Of a stretch of DNA of 37,983 nucleotides, positions 1-8,367 are shown piece by piece; the stretch's first letter is position 1, and every line of letters begins with the position of its first letter. Source of the stretch: Methanobacteriota archaeon. Lineage in GTDB: Archaea > Halobacteriota > Syntropharchaeia > JAUWIL01. The notes under the pieces were generated by a model. That model made no database searches. It saw nothing but the letters and a program-made list of their open reading frames with translations, and had not been told where the DNA came from. The stretch spans positions 1 to 37,983 of the forward strand of contig JAUWIL010000002.1 of the NCBI GenBank assembly GCA_030605385.1, given 5' to 3'. A program made the translations under genes and the position numbers.

Positions 1-304
1 CATACCCCTTCTTCGCAAATGCGGGCTCTACCACTTTTGCGATGTCAGACGGCATTGCCGAGAAAACCACATCTGCTTCAACATCTCTGGGCTCGGCAAG
101 TTCAACAGTCATTCTTGCAACATCGTTTGGTATGTTGGTGTTGAGGTACCATTTACTTGCCTTTTTGTATTGTTTTCCTGCACTTCGCTCCGAGGCCATG
201 AGATCCGTTATCTCAAACCACGGGTGGTCAATCAGAGCCCCTATAAACCGTTGTCCCACCATCCCGGTGGCGCCCAGTATTCCTGCTTTTATTTTACGTC
301 TCAT
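1..304 (-). CDS. asd: aspartate-semialdehyde dehydrogenase, 5' part (3' end lies beyond the window start)
   Basis: Absent from the ORF track because there is no stop in the window. My translation of the reverse strand from ATG at 304-302 gives MRRKIKAGILGATGMVGQRFIGALIDHPWFEITDLMASERSAGKQYKKASKWYLNTNIP...ADVVFSAMPSDIAKVVEPAFAKKGY. This has the GxxGxxG Rossmann N-terminus and overall pattern of archaeal-type Asd. Confidence 0.8.
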   Translation of the reverse strand, partial: MRRKIKAGILGATGMVGQRFIGALIDHPWFEITDLMASERSAGKQYKKASKWYLNTNIPNDVARMTVELAEPRDVEADVVFSAMPSDIAKVVEPAFAKKGY

Positions 305-554
305 GGTTTGAGCCTGCTGTGTGATATTTTATAGTTTGCACTCATTGTATTGACTGAACGTATATAATTTTCCCCCTGCGCCAACCTATGGGCGCCCCCT
401 CTGTACCAACATTGACACCACATTTTATCCCACAGGAGGGCTGAATGGATTTTGTAGAATACAGTCCACAAGCGCGCAATTGCCTTGCAGCTTTGCATTC
501 TGTTAATGTCGCATATCCGAGAATTCGAATATGAAAAGCCCATTTATAGCTTCT

Positions 555-743
555 TTATTTTGTCTTCTCAAGCGTTATGGCGCCGGTGGGGCACGCGTCC
601 ACGCAGGTTCCGCACTCGTCGCACTTGGACTCATCCACTACTGTGAAGTCGCCACCCTCGTCGAGCGATAGTGCGCCTGCAGGACATTCATCTATGCAAA
701 CTTCACATGCTACGCATTCATCTTGATCTATTTTTGCTGGCAT
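555..743 (-). CDS. 2x[4Fe-4S] ferredoxin
   Basis: ORF 555..761 carries two CxxCxxCxxxCP motifs (CVACEVCIDECP and CDECGTCVDACP). The internal Met at 743 (MPAKIDQDEC...) is the more likely start. Confidence 0.8.
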   Translation of the reverse strand: MPAKIDQDECVACEVCIDECPAGALSLDEGGDFTVVDESKCDECGTCVDACPTGAITLEKTK

Positions 744-767
744 TTGTAACCAATCCTCCAAATTTTT

Positions 768-788
768 GATGAAACATAATGTTTCATC
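768..788. promoter_or_regulatory. perfect 10-bp inverted repeat upstream of the ferredoxin gene
   Basis: GATGAAACAT-a-ATGTTTCATC, arms 768-777 and 779-788, about 25 nt upstream of the ferredoxin start on the minus strand. It could be an operator or a hairpin; no function is shown. Confidence 0.4.
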
Positions 789-1105
789 ATTTCGGTGGAG
801 CCCTGCCCCACAATACTATGAAAAAATGTATGTTTTATTTTATAAAGTATCTGATTCGAATCGGTTCGGTGCGTGACTATTGCGCCCTGATTAAGACGTT
901 TTGTCTTTGACACACCGGTCATGACCCGAATATACGTCTGTCGATCAATGCACCGATTTAATGCGCATATAACGTCAACATTCAAAACAACGATTGGCAG
1001 CCCCCCATCGCTAGTTTTATATGTGTTATATGCGATTTCTATGTATTGCGGTTGCTCTTCAATCGGCTGCATATTCAGATCAATCAATCGGGTTCTGGTG
1101 GTATC

Positions 1106-2071
1106 GTGTTCAGTATAAATGAGCTGGCTTTGAATGTTTTTGAGGAGATGGCAGACTTCCATGAGGAACTAAACATCGAAGTTATGGAGCAGGAAAATGG
1201 CGTAAAAGTCATAGATGCGGGCGTTAAGGCAGAGGGGGGCTTTGAAGCAGGTATTTATCTATCGAGACTATGCATGTCAGACCTTGCAGATATCAAAATT
1301 ACGGCTTTTGACCTCAACAGCGTAAAGATTCCGGCAGTAGGCGTAGTCACTGACCACCCTGTAGTGGCATGTATGGCATCCCAGTATGCAGGCTGGCGGG
1401 TAAAAGGCGATAATTTCTTTGGCATGGGTTCGGGTCCTGGCAGGATTTATGCCCGTAAACCCCCGGAGTTATATGACAAAATAGACTATGAAGACGAGTC
1501 TGACGTTGCCGTACTGGTACTTGAGGCAAGCAGTATGCCAGATACCAAAGTGACGGGCAAGATAGCCGATGCATGTGGAATTGAAACAGAGAATCTCTTC
1601 ATTGCCGTTGCACCTACATCATCAGTTGCAGGCTCTGTGCAGGTATCGGCTCGAATAGTAGAGACTGGCATTCACAAGATGGAGTCTCTTGGGTTTGACA
1701 TCAACTGCATCAAGAGCGGTAGCGGTATTGCGCCGATAGCTCCGGTGGTGGGCGATGACGCCAGATGCATGGGCTCTACAAATGATTGTCTGATATACTG
1801 CGGGAGTGCATACTACGCCGTGAAATATGACAATCTCGATGAACTTGTAGACTATGTGAAGAAGATTCCTTCATGCTGCTCATCTGACTATGGTCAGCCA
1901 TTTTACGTTACATTCAAGAATGCCGACTTTGACTTCTTCAAAATAGATGCTGGCATGTTTGCTCCGGCACAGGTGACGATGAACGAACTCGGAACAGGCA
2001 GGGTATTTACCGCGGGCAGCTTAAATCCTGATGTGCTGATGGAATCATTTGGGATGCAGAAAATAGAGTGA
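1106..2071 (+). CDS. mch: methenyl-tetrahydromethanopterin cyclohydrolase
   Basis: In ORF 1046..2071 the similarity to Mch N-termini begins at [18 protein letters not shown] at 1106 therefore gives a 321-aa protein, the usual Mch size. The conserved block [12 protein letters not shown] and [13 protein letters not shown] are present. Confidence 0.9.
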   Translation: MFSINELALNVFEEMADFHEELNIEVMEQENGVKVIDAGVKAEGGFEAGIYLSRLCMSDLADIKITAFDLNSVKIPAVGVVTDHPVVACMASQYAGWRVKGDNFFGMGSGPGRIYARKPPELYDKIDYEDESDVAVLVLEASSMPDTKVTGKIADACGIETENLFIAVAPTSSVAGSVQVSARIVETGIHKMESLGFDINCIKSGSGIAPIAPVVGDDARCMGSTNDCLIYCGSAYYAVKYDNLDELVDYVKKIPSCCSSDYGQPFYVTFKNADFDFFKIDAGMFAPAQVTMNELGTGRVFTAGSLNPDVLMESFGMQKIE

Positions 2072-2736
2072 TTGCTGATCGTCTGCATAAAAGGCATGAA
2101 TCAGGTGTTATTTTGAGTACCAGCACATCTGACGTGGTTTATGGTGAGCGGGATGGAAGACCTCTGTTAGCCACAATTTATGGTGAACACCGTGGTGAAC
2201 ACGAATCATGCGTGGTGATGTGCCCACCTTACCCCCCAATGGGCGGGTCGCGCCGTGATGAGCGTCTTGTTATGATTGCAAGAGGTCTAAATGAAATCGG
2301 CATTTCCGCGCTATGTGCTGATTATGGGCCTTACAGCGGTGGACAGTCGGAGATAAGGGACATAGTAGAAGCGATTGATTATGCTGACAGGAGGAGATTT
2401 GGCAGGATCGCCCTTTTAGGGTACTCGTTTGGTGCACTGGTCGCCTGTAATGCGGCTGATATATCCAATGATGAACTCAAATGCGTTGTACTAGTATCCC
2501 TACTCCATAGTATTGACAGCCTTTCAGCCGTGCTTGACCGGGATATTAACCGTCTTTTTGTGCACGGGTCCCACGATTCTATTGCCCCTTACAGGGATTT
2601 CGAGCGCCTGTATGAGTCTGCAGCAGGCGCCAAGCAGCATTTGACACTCGAGACCGACCACTTTTATTCCGGCAGAGGCATTATGCAGCAGCTTGTTGAT
2701 GCCGTATGCGATTTCTTTTCCGGAACTCTTCTATAA
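2068..2736 (+). CDS. alpha/beta-hydrolase fold protein (dienelactone-hydrolase-like)
   Basis: The GTG start overlaps the mch stop (GTGA), suggesting translational coupling. It has a GYSFGA nucleophile elbow (GxSxG) and later Asp/His contexts ([14 protein letters not shown]). Confidence 0.6.
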   Translation: MIADRLHKRHESGVILSTSTSDVVYGERDGRPLLATIYGEHRGEHESCVVMCPPYPPMGGSRRDERLVMIARGLNEIGISALCADYGPYSGGQSEIRDIVEAIDYADRRRFGRIALLGYSFGALVACNAADISNDELKCVVLVSLLHSIDSLSAVLDRDINRLFVHGSHDSIAPYRDFERLYESAAGAKQHLTLETDHFYSGRGIMQQLVDAVCDFFSGTLL

Positions 2737-2773
2737 ACTCTGCGAGATAGATATGAACAAATTTATTGCTGAT

Positions 2774-2841
2774 ATATCTGAATACCGTTTTAGAGTCAAG
2801 TAGTATTTGAATACCGTTTTGCAGTATTCGGATACCGTTTT
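2774..2841. promoter_or_regulatory. three direct repeats G(A/G)ATACCGTTTT between the hydrolase and GNAT genes
   Basis: Copies lie at 2780-2791, 2809-2820 and 2830-2841. The last two are each preceded by a small palindrome (GTATTtgAATAC at 2803-2814, GTATTcgGATAC at 2824-2835). The repeats are about 80 nt upstream of the GNAT start. Confidence 0.45.
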
Positions 2842-2921
2842 GAATTCATGTAATCAGCAAACAGGTTCCTGTATGAGCGTTCATGTGTGGTGAATTGTGA
2901 GGGTAGTGGGGTGAAAGCATA

Positions 2922-3545
2922 ATGGAAAATGTTATCGTAAGAAAAGGAAGGGTTGAAGACGCCGAATATTTCCCTGACCTTGTTTTGTTTTCAGCTCCGA
3001 AGTTCTTTCCATCACTTTTTGGCCCCGATGTCAGGAGGGTTATGAAAAATTTGTTCAAGCACCATGGGAACTATTTCAGCTATGAGCATACATATTTTGC
3101 TGAACTGGACGGTAAAGTAGCAGGAATGTGTCTGGCATACAATTATGGGTGCAAGAACAGGGAAAAAATGCGCACGATCTTCTTGTTAATCAGATATCTG
3201 GGGTGGAGCCTCTTCATGAGAATGTATCATCTGCTCAAATCGCAGGACATCGTAGGGATGGTTGAGGAAAAAGAGTATTACATCAGCAATATTGCCGTAT
3301 ATCCCGAGTTCAGGAGCGCGGGTTTGGGCAGCAGGCTTCTTTTAGAAGTTGAACGTGAGGCACGGAGTACAGGTGATAACAGGATAACCCTGGATGCTGA
3401 GACCTACAACAAGAGGGCGATTGACCTTTATTCCAGGCATGACTACGATATAGAGTGGAAAACCCGGATCTTCAAAATCTATGGGGAGACATTCGAATTC
3501 TTCCGGATGGGCAAATCGTTGGAGCCTGATGGCGGCACAGTATAG
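2922..3545 (+). CDS. GNAT-family N-acetyltransferase
   Basis: Acetyl-CoA binding motif A context ISNIAVYPEFRSAGLGSRLLLEVEREA, followed by ITLDAETYNKRAIDLYSRHDY. Confidence 0.7.
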   Translation: MENVIVRKGRVEDAEYFPDLVLFSAPKFFPSLFGPDVRRVMKNLFKHHGNYFSYEHTYFAELDGKVAGMCLAYNYGCKNREKMRTIFLLIRYLGWSLFMRMYHLLKSQDIVGMVEEKEYYISNIAVYPEFRSAGLGSRLLLEVEREARSTGDNRITLDAETYNKRAIDLYSRHDYDIEWKTRIFKIYGETFEFFRMGKSLEPDGGTV

Positions 3546-3644
3546 CGGCATTCTGCTGTATGCCGCAGGAGCACCCTAAATTCGCACTAAATAAACACAT
3601 TCAGGTCGGCTGTGCTGCTTGATGAGCCGGGACTTAAGAGTGTA

Positions 3645-4526
3645 TTAGGGAGTTTTTGCCTCAGGTTCAGCCAGGAATAGCTGTTTGGCAAGCAAATAGA
3701 TAGGCATCGGTCTTCGAATCCCCAGGAAGTAAACCAGGACTGCAAATATGGGGATCCCGGTTAAAAAGCCTATAAGCAGACTGCCAGCTAGATCCGTAAA
3801 GAACATGACTAAAAGGGAAGCTATGACTGCAGAACCAAAGCCAGCGCCAAACACACCGAGCAGGACGAACAGAACCATTAAAAGTACATCCTTTGTGCCT
3901 TTTGGAACTTTCTCCTTTGGCAAGGCGGTATCCATTTCTGCACCTTCTTTTATCCATTTAGGCAGGATGTAAAACAATGGCGGGATAAGGAATATGCCCA
4001 TGACATAAAGGGTGATGGCTACATTGCTGGTTGCAAAAGCCAAACCGTCATGCACTCCCGGAGACCACAGCACCCCACCATGCATTGTAGGGTCATACAG
4101 GAATCTCTGCCATCCTGTACCATCCCAGCCGTGTACCAAGATGAAGAACATACAGAAGTACCCCAGCCACCACTGGAGGTGTGCGGCATAAAACCGCCCT
4201 TTTCGAATAAATCTGTAGGCAATCCAAAACCCTAGAATGCCTTGTGTGATGTTGGTTACAGCGAATATGACCACCAGCCACGCTGGCAGGGATGCAGGGT
4301 CCGGGAACACATGCATGGTTTCCCAGTGGGTAAATTTCCACAATAAGTAGATGCCTGAAGGTGCGAATAAAATACTTAGGTAAAGTATCAGATTAGTAAA
4401 ATACTTGCTTTGAAAGGGTTTTTCATCGCCTTTCAGTTGCCTAGCAGCGGCAACGGCAAACATTGCCCCAAAAGCATAGGACCAAAATATATCAACCTGA
4501 ATCATGCCCAAATCCCACCAGGTCAC
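3645..4526 (-). CDS. polytopic membrane protein, function unknown
   Basis: 293-aa ORF with about 8 hydrophobic, Trp/Phe-rich segments. I recognise no family. Confidence 0.6.
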   Translation of the reverse strand: MTWWDLGMIQVDIFWSYAFGAMFAVAAARQLKGDEKPFQSKYFTNLILYLSILFAPSGIYLLWKFTHWETMHVFPDPASLPAWLVVIFAVTNITQGILGFWIAYRFIRKGRFYAAHLQWWLGYFCMFFILVHGWDGTGWQRFLYDPTMHGGVLWSPGVHDGLAFATSNVAITLYVMGIFLIPPLFYILPKWIKEGAEMDTALPKEKVPKGTKDVLLMVLFVLLGVFGAGFGSAVIASLLVMFFTDLAGSLLIGFLTGIPIFAVLVYFLGIRRPMPIYLLAKQLFLAEPEAKTP

Positions 4527-4887
4527 TGTTCATAATATTATACAAATTTAACTTCAAACGTCAATTTCTCTGTAATCCCCTCGTATATGCACATGAACTA
4601 TCCCTTGTATATGCGCATAAATTATGCGTGTACTGTCTATATATAAGTATGTCCTGCAACCTTCATTCGCATACATACCAGCAATATGCCGCCCATGCTC
4701 TTTTAGCACGCGATAGCATGGAGGTAAAGCGCTATGAATATTATGGTGCAGGGGATATGTCGTAGGTGGAGAATATTATGCAAGCCTGGAATGAAAGAAA
4801 GCCAACTGCGGTCAATTCTATGTGAGGTGCCCAACATTCACATTTATATTGGTTATGAGAGCTATTTCTGTCTGGATGTGAGGTTAT

Positions 4888-5208
4888 ATGGATAATTATA
4901 TTCAGGTATCGACCACAACGGAGGAAAGAGAGGATGCAGAAAGAATGGCAAGGGTACTGGTGGAGAAGAGGTTGGCGGGATGTGTTCAGATAGTTGGCCC
5001 TATGTCAAGCACTTATTGGTGGAAAGGCAATGTAGAGGTTGCAGAGGAATGGTTGTGCATTATCAAGAGCAGCAGGCGCCTCTATAATAAGCTTGAAGAA
5101 ACAATAAAGGAAGTACACCCCTACGAGACACCTGAAATAATTGCCGTGCCTGTTATTGAAGGGAGTAAGGACTTTCTTGAATGGCTTGGCAGCGAGATTA
5201 AAAAATAG
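4888..5208 (+). CDS. cutA: divalent-cation tolerance protein CutA
   Basis: The 106-aa protein shows the CutA1 pattern: AERMARVLVEKRLAGCVQIVGPMSSTYWWKGNVE...EWLCIIKS...HPYETPEIIAVPV. Confidence 0.8.
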   Translation: MDNYIQVSTTTEEREDAERMARVLVEKRLAGCVQIVGPMSSTYWWKGNVEVAEEWLCIIKSSRRLYNKLEETIKEVHPYETPEIIAVPVIEGSKDFLEWLGSEIKK

Positions 5209-5305
5209 TATCTAAATATCATAAATGGCATCTAAAAGTATGTTCATCTAAAGGCATGTTTACCTAGAGTCATTTTACACACTGTAATTGCATAGTGCAC
5301 TATAA

Positions 5306-5659
5306 TTGTGTAGCATAGTAATAGCCAATGCAGGGGTCATAGGTATGCTGGGCGAGGAAGTAGATGAGTTTGGCGAGAAAAGGGTAAAAACGGAAATGGA
5401 CTCTGTTAAAGAGGAACATGAAAGGCTTTTCAAGGCTGCCAGCAACCCGCAGAGGCGCAAGATAGTGGCCGCCATAGGCATAAATGGTGCCACCAAGGAA
5501 GAGGTAGGTGAAGCTACGGGAATTGACGGCTTCTTACTGGGATATCACCTTGACGTACTATTGAAAGGTGAATTTGTAAGGATGGATGACAATGGTCGTT
5601 ACAGACTTACAGATGGGAATAGCGATTCTCCAGCATGTCTAAAAAGCAACGCTTTTTAG
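5306..5659 (+). CDS. ArsR-like winged-helix transcription regulator
   Basis: NPQRRKIVAAIGINGATKEEVGEATGIDGFLLGYHLDVLLKGEFV...GRYRLT fits an HTH plus wing. The start is uncertain (alternative Met codons at 5345 and 5396). The last 8 codons and the stop lie inside the hairpin array. Confidence 0.5.
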   Translation: MCSIVIANAGVIGMLGEEVDEFGEKRVKTEMDSVKEEHERLFKAASNPQRRKIVAAIGINGATKEEVGEATGIDGFLLGYHLDVLLKGEFVRMDDNGRYRLTDGNSDSPACLKSNAF

Positions 5660-5842
5660 ACGGTTGTAGAACGTAGTTCTACAAACATGTTCGAAAACCT
5701 TGGGTTTTCGTACTGTTGCGGAACTTCGTTCCGCAAACATGTCTGGAAGCGAAGCTTCCATATGGTTATAGAACTACGTTCTATAAACATGTCTAAAACA
5801 CTACGTGTTTTATACGGTTGCAAAATCTTTGATTTTGCAAAC
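5634..5842. repeat. hairpin array, family 1: 8 consecutive hairpins of alternating classes A and B
   Basis: Stem/loop units read directly: GTCTAAAAAGC-aac-GCTTTTTAGAC, TGTAGAAC-gta-GTTCTACA, CGAAAACC-ttg-GGTTTTCG, TGCGGAAC-ttc-GTTCCGCA, TGGAAGC-gaa-GCTTCCA, TATAGAAC-tac-GTTCTATA, TAAAACAC-tac-GTGTTTTA, TGCAAAATC-ttt-GATTTTGCA. The linkers CAAACATGTCT and ATACGGTTG are conserved. The array lies between convergent genes. Confidence 0.9.
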
Positions 5843-5846
5843 ACTC

Positions 5847-7220
5847 TTAAACATTTTTGCGCATATTCCCTCTTGCATCCTCCAGAGCTAGGGTAAAGGC
5901 GTCTGTCAGCATGCTGAGCGGGGGAGTATAGCACCGTTCGTACGACAACAGCTCATCCAGATGTGCACCGTTCTTTATTGCCATACATATCATGTTAGTG
6001 CGCTCCTTGACATCCTCCCACGAGATTATTTGAGCTCCAATGATGCGCCCATCAAGGGTGAACAGCAGCTTCATATGCATTTCACAGGCACCAGGGTAGT
6101 AAAACGACCTGCTTAGTGCCTTACCATATCCATGGATACACTTCATCCCGGTAGCAGCGGCTCCGTTAGACGTTATGCCGACGGAACCGACCTGCATGCC
6201 GCTTACAACGGCAGCTGCCGGACCCACACAGGGCTCCAGAATCGCACTGCCGCCGAGAATATTCTCTGTGATGACCCGCGCCTGAAGGGCTGCTGTGGAA
6301 GCAAGGGCAAGTATCATCGGTCGGTTCGTAACACCATTTATAACCTCTACACAGTCGCCCATGGCATACACATTATCAAGGTACGAGCGCCCTTTCTTCA
6401 CCTGCATGCCTGAGTTGGTGGCAATTGCTCCGGTAATGCTGACCTCGATCCCTGAATCAACCGCAAGCTTCGTGTTGGGGCGCACGCCCGTAGAGATAAT
6501 CACAAGGTCAGAAGGTATTGATTCTCCATTTCCCAGCAGCACACATTCAACCCTATCACTTCCCTTTATTGCTTTGACAATGCTGCTGGTATATATTTTG
6601 AGACCTACAATCTTCTCCATGTACTTCTGCACAATTAATGCCATATCAGTGTCCAGTGTTTGGGGGAATATACTGGGGAGCGCCTCGACAATACTTGTTT
6701 TAATCCCCCCCTCGGCAAATGCACTGCCGACCTCCATGCCGATTGCGCCTGCGCCGATTATTACAGCACTCTTTGCAGTTTGCATCATCTTCTGAATCTT
6801 TAGGGCATCGCGGTAGCTGCTAATGGCTGAAACTCCATCCAGTTCCAACCCCTCTATTGGCGGTATGAAGGGCATTCTACCAGTGGCTATGATGAGATTA
6901 TCGTAATCATATACCGCCCCGCTCTCTGTTTCTATACTGCTGGCATCATCGTCTATACGGATTACGCGCTCGCTTGAGTGCAGTTTTATATCATTCTCTT
7001 CATAGAATCCCTCAGGATCCATGCGCAGTTCTTCCATGTCCTTTATGATTCCGGCCAGTACGAATGGTATTCCGCAGGTCGAGTACTTGCCGTAGTCATC
7101 CGCCCTGAAAACATGTATTTCCATATTTTGGTTTCTTTTACGTACACCCAAAGCGGCATTCAGACCCGAATTCCCGCCGATTACTATAAGTCTACCACCG
7201 CCCATCTCAACCATCACCAT
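5847..7220 (-). CDS. FAD-dependent pyridine nucleotide-disulfide oxidoreductase, NADH oxidase/CoA-disulfide reductase branch
   Basis: N-terminal VIGGNSGLNAA dinucleotide motif, single redox-Cys context YSTCGIPF, and a second motif VIIGAGAIGMEVG. Confidence 0.8.
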   Translation of the reverse strand: MVMVEMGGGRLIVIGGNSGLNAALGVRKRNQNMEIHVFRADDYGKYSTCGIPFVLAGIIKDMEELRMDPEGFYEENDIKLHSSERVIRIDDDASSIETESGAVYDYDNLIIATGRMPFIPPIEGLELDGVSAISSYRDALKIQKMMQTAKSAVIIGAGAIGMEVGSAFAEGGIKTSIVEALPSIFPQTLDTDMALIVQKYMEKIVGLKIYTSSIVKAIKGSDRVECVLLGNGESIPSDLVIISTGVRPNTKLAVDSGIEVSITGAIATNSGMQVKKGRSYLDNVYAMGDCVEVINGVTNRPMILALASTAALQARVITENILGGSAILEPCVGPAAAVVSGMQVGSVGITSNGAAATGMKCIHGYGKALSRSFYYPGACEMHMKLLFTLDGRIIGAQIISWEDVKERTNMICMAIKNGAHLDELLSYERCYTPPLSMLTDAFTLALEDARGNMRKNV

Positions 7221-7283
7221 GTCACTATTTCACCATGTCACCATTATTACTGCCAGATTATTTATTCGATCGCTTCAACTTTT

Positions 7284-7482
7284 CAAACATGTCTAAAAAG
7301 CTCCGCTTTTTAGACGGTTGCAAAACTACGTTTTGCAAACATGTCTAAAACACTGCGTGTTTTATACTGTTGCGGAACTGCGTTCCGCAAACATTTCATA
7401 CGGTTGCAGAATCTCTGATTCTGCAAACATGTTTAAAATGCAAGGCATTTCATACGGTTGCAAAATCTTTGATTTTGCAAAC
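7284..7482. repeat. hairpin array, family 1: 7 hairpins plus one deleted unit
   Basis: Same linkers as 5634-5842. Stems are GTCTAAAAAGC, TGCAAAAC, TAAAACAC, TGCGGAAC, TGCAGAATC, (T)AAAATGC (imperfect) and TGCAAAATC. At 7393-7401 the linkers are fused with no class-B hairpin between them. The last 31 nt (7452-7482) are identical to 5812-5842. Confidence 0.9.
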
Positions 7483-8082
7483 AACAACGTTCTCAGCCTC
7501 AGACAGCATTTTTTCGAGAGGCTGTTCAGCATCGATGCACACAAACCTGTCAGGCTCCTCGTTCGCAAGGCGGAGGTAGTTCTCATGCACAACCTTAAGG
7601 AAGGCAACACTCTCAAATTTTGTACGCTTACCTCTGGAGCTGCACCTCTCAAACGCAACTTCCGGACTAACAAGTAGCAGCAGCGTCAGGTCGGGTTTGA
7701 CAGTCCAACCCTCATGTAACTTTTTAACCCATGATACGGCATCATCAAATAAGGCAAGCTCCTTCAGAGATGCCCCCTGGTAGGCATATCGACTATCAGA
7801 ATAGCGATCCGATATTACATTCTTACCGGCTTCCAGTGAAGGTTTAATAACCTTCGCCAGATGTTCTGCGTGGTCAGCAGTGAACATGAACGCCTCGACC
7901 AGAGGTTTCATGCCCCCATTCCTGAGAGATTTCTTGATCATACTCCCGATGGCGCCATCTGTCGGCTCTACGGTGTAAATAATATTATCGTCTATTTTTT
8001 TTGTCTTGAGGTGATTGATAACAGCAGATTTACCACACCCATCAATACCCTCAATAGTGATCAGGACAGCTCTGGCGCTCAT
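7450..8082 (-). CDS. tmk: thymidylate (dTMP) kinase
   Basis: P-loop ITIEGIDGCGKS and a DRY...AYQ motif (SDRYSDSRYAYQGA). The last 10 codons (VVCKIKDFATV) and the stop are encoded by the terminal hairpin of the array. Confidence 0.85.
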   Translation of the reverse strand: MSARAVLITIEGIDGCGKSAVINHLKTKKIDDNIIYTVEPTDGAIGSMIKKSLRNGGMKPLVEAFMFTADHAEHLAKVIKPSLEAGKNVISDRYSDSRYAYQGASLKELALFDDAVSWVKKLHEGWTVKPDLTLLLLVSPEVAFERCSSRGKRTKFESVAFLKVVHENYLRLANEEPDRFVCIDAEQPLEKMLSEAENVVVCKIKDFATV

Positions 8083-8104
8083 GGCATATCACAATAACCT
8101 TTCA

Positions 8105-8136
8105 TCAGTTGACCATAATATCAGTTGACCATAATT
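8105..8136. repeat. two-copy tandem duplication (16-nt unit) in the tmk upstream region
   Basis: TCAGTTGACCATAAT occurs at 8105-8119 and again at 8121-8135, directly adjacent, 23 nt upstream of the tmk start. Confidence 0.85.
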
Positions 8137-8170
8137 AATCTTGCTGGTTATAACAGCGTTTCGGTGGAGT

Positions 8171-8300
8171 CTTGCAAAAACGAAGTTTTTGCGAGATATC
8201 TGGAACGCAAAGCGTTCCAGAGATATACTGCAAATTTTGCGAAGTCAAAAGTTTCACGATGCAGTGGAGCTTTGCTCTGCTATACAGGTGAAACTGCAAC
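8171..8300. repeat. degenerate hairpin cluster (family 2) in the divergent tmk/rubrerythrin spacer
   Basis: Hairpins are CTTGCAAAAAC-gaa-GTTTTTGCGAG (8171-8195) and ATATCTGGAACGC-aaa-GCGTTCCAGAGATAT (8196-8226), then weaker ones. The first hairpin and the GTGGAGC...GCTCTGCT...TACAG segment recur at 32991-33050. Confidence 0.7.
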
Positions 8301-8367
8301 TTTCGTCAACTCTGGTCTGCGAAAAGTTTAAATCACGATATGAATTAACTGGTGTGGAGGTGAAAGT

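Noticed and set aside
42-543. ORFs 42..311 (+) and 301..543 (-)
   Set aside because: The first is antisense to the clear asd N-terminus. The second is a Trp/Cys-rich peptide in the asd upstream region with no support.
728-1162. 144-aa minus-strand ORF between ferredoxin and mch
   Set aside because: It overlaps the mch start region and would encode a perfect 21-nt palindrome. It has no recognisable motifs and no clear RBS. I kept it only as a low-interest finding.
5634-5842. Hairpin arrays (also 7284-7482, 31108-31188, 32991-33101) as CRISPR arrays
   Set aside because: There is no constant 25-40-nt direct repeat separated by unique spacers. The units are contiguous palindromes whose stems vary while the short linkers are constant. 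No cas genes are present in the window.
5634-5842. Hairpin arrays as simple intrinsic terminators
   Set aside because: Some copies do follow gene ends. Others sit in divergent promoter regions (8171-8300, 32991-33101) or directly upstream of a start codon (31108-31188). Orientation relative to transcription is inconsistent. Archaeal termination mainly relies on oligo-T, which these arrays lack.
5656-5934. ORFs generated inside hairpin arrays (5656..5934, 5687..5896, 7318..7677, 7362..7673, 7370..7579, 8125..8331, 8141..8437)
   Set aside because: Their reading frames run through palindromic repeat units on both strands, giving mirror-like low-complexity peptides. They overlap each other and overlap real genes.
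6132-7313. Plus-strand ORFs antisense to the oxidoreductase gene (6132..6413, 6295..6795, 6978..7313)
   Set aside because: The opposite strand encodes a complete, motif-bearing 457-aa flavoprotein. These ORFs have no features.
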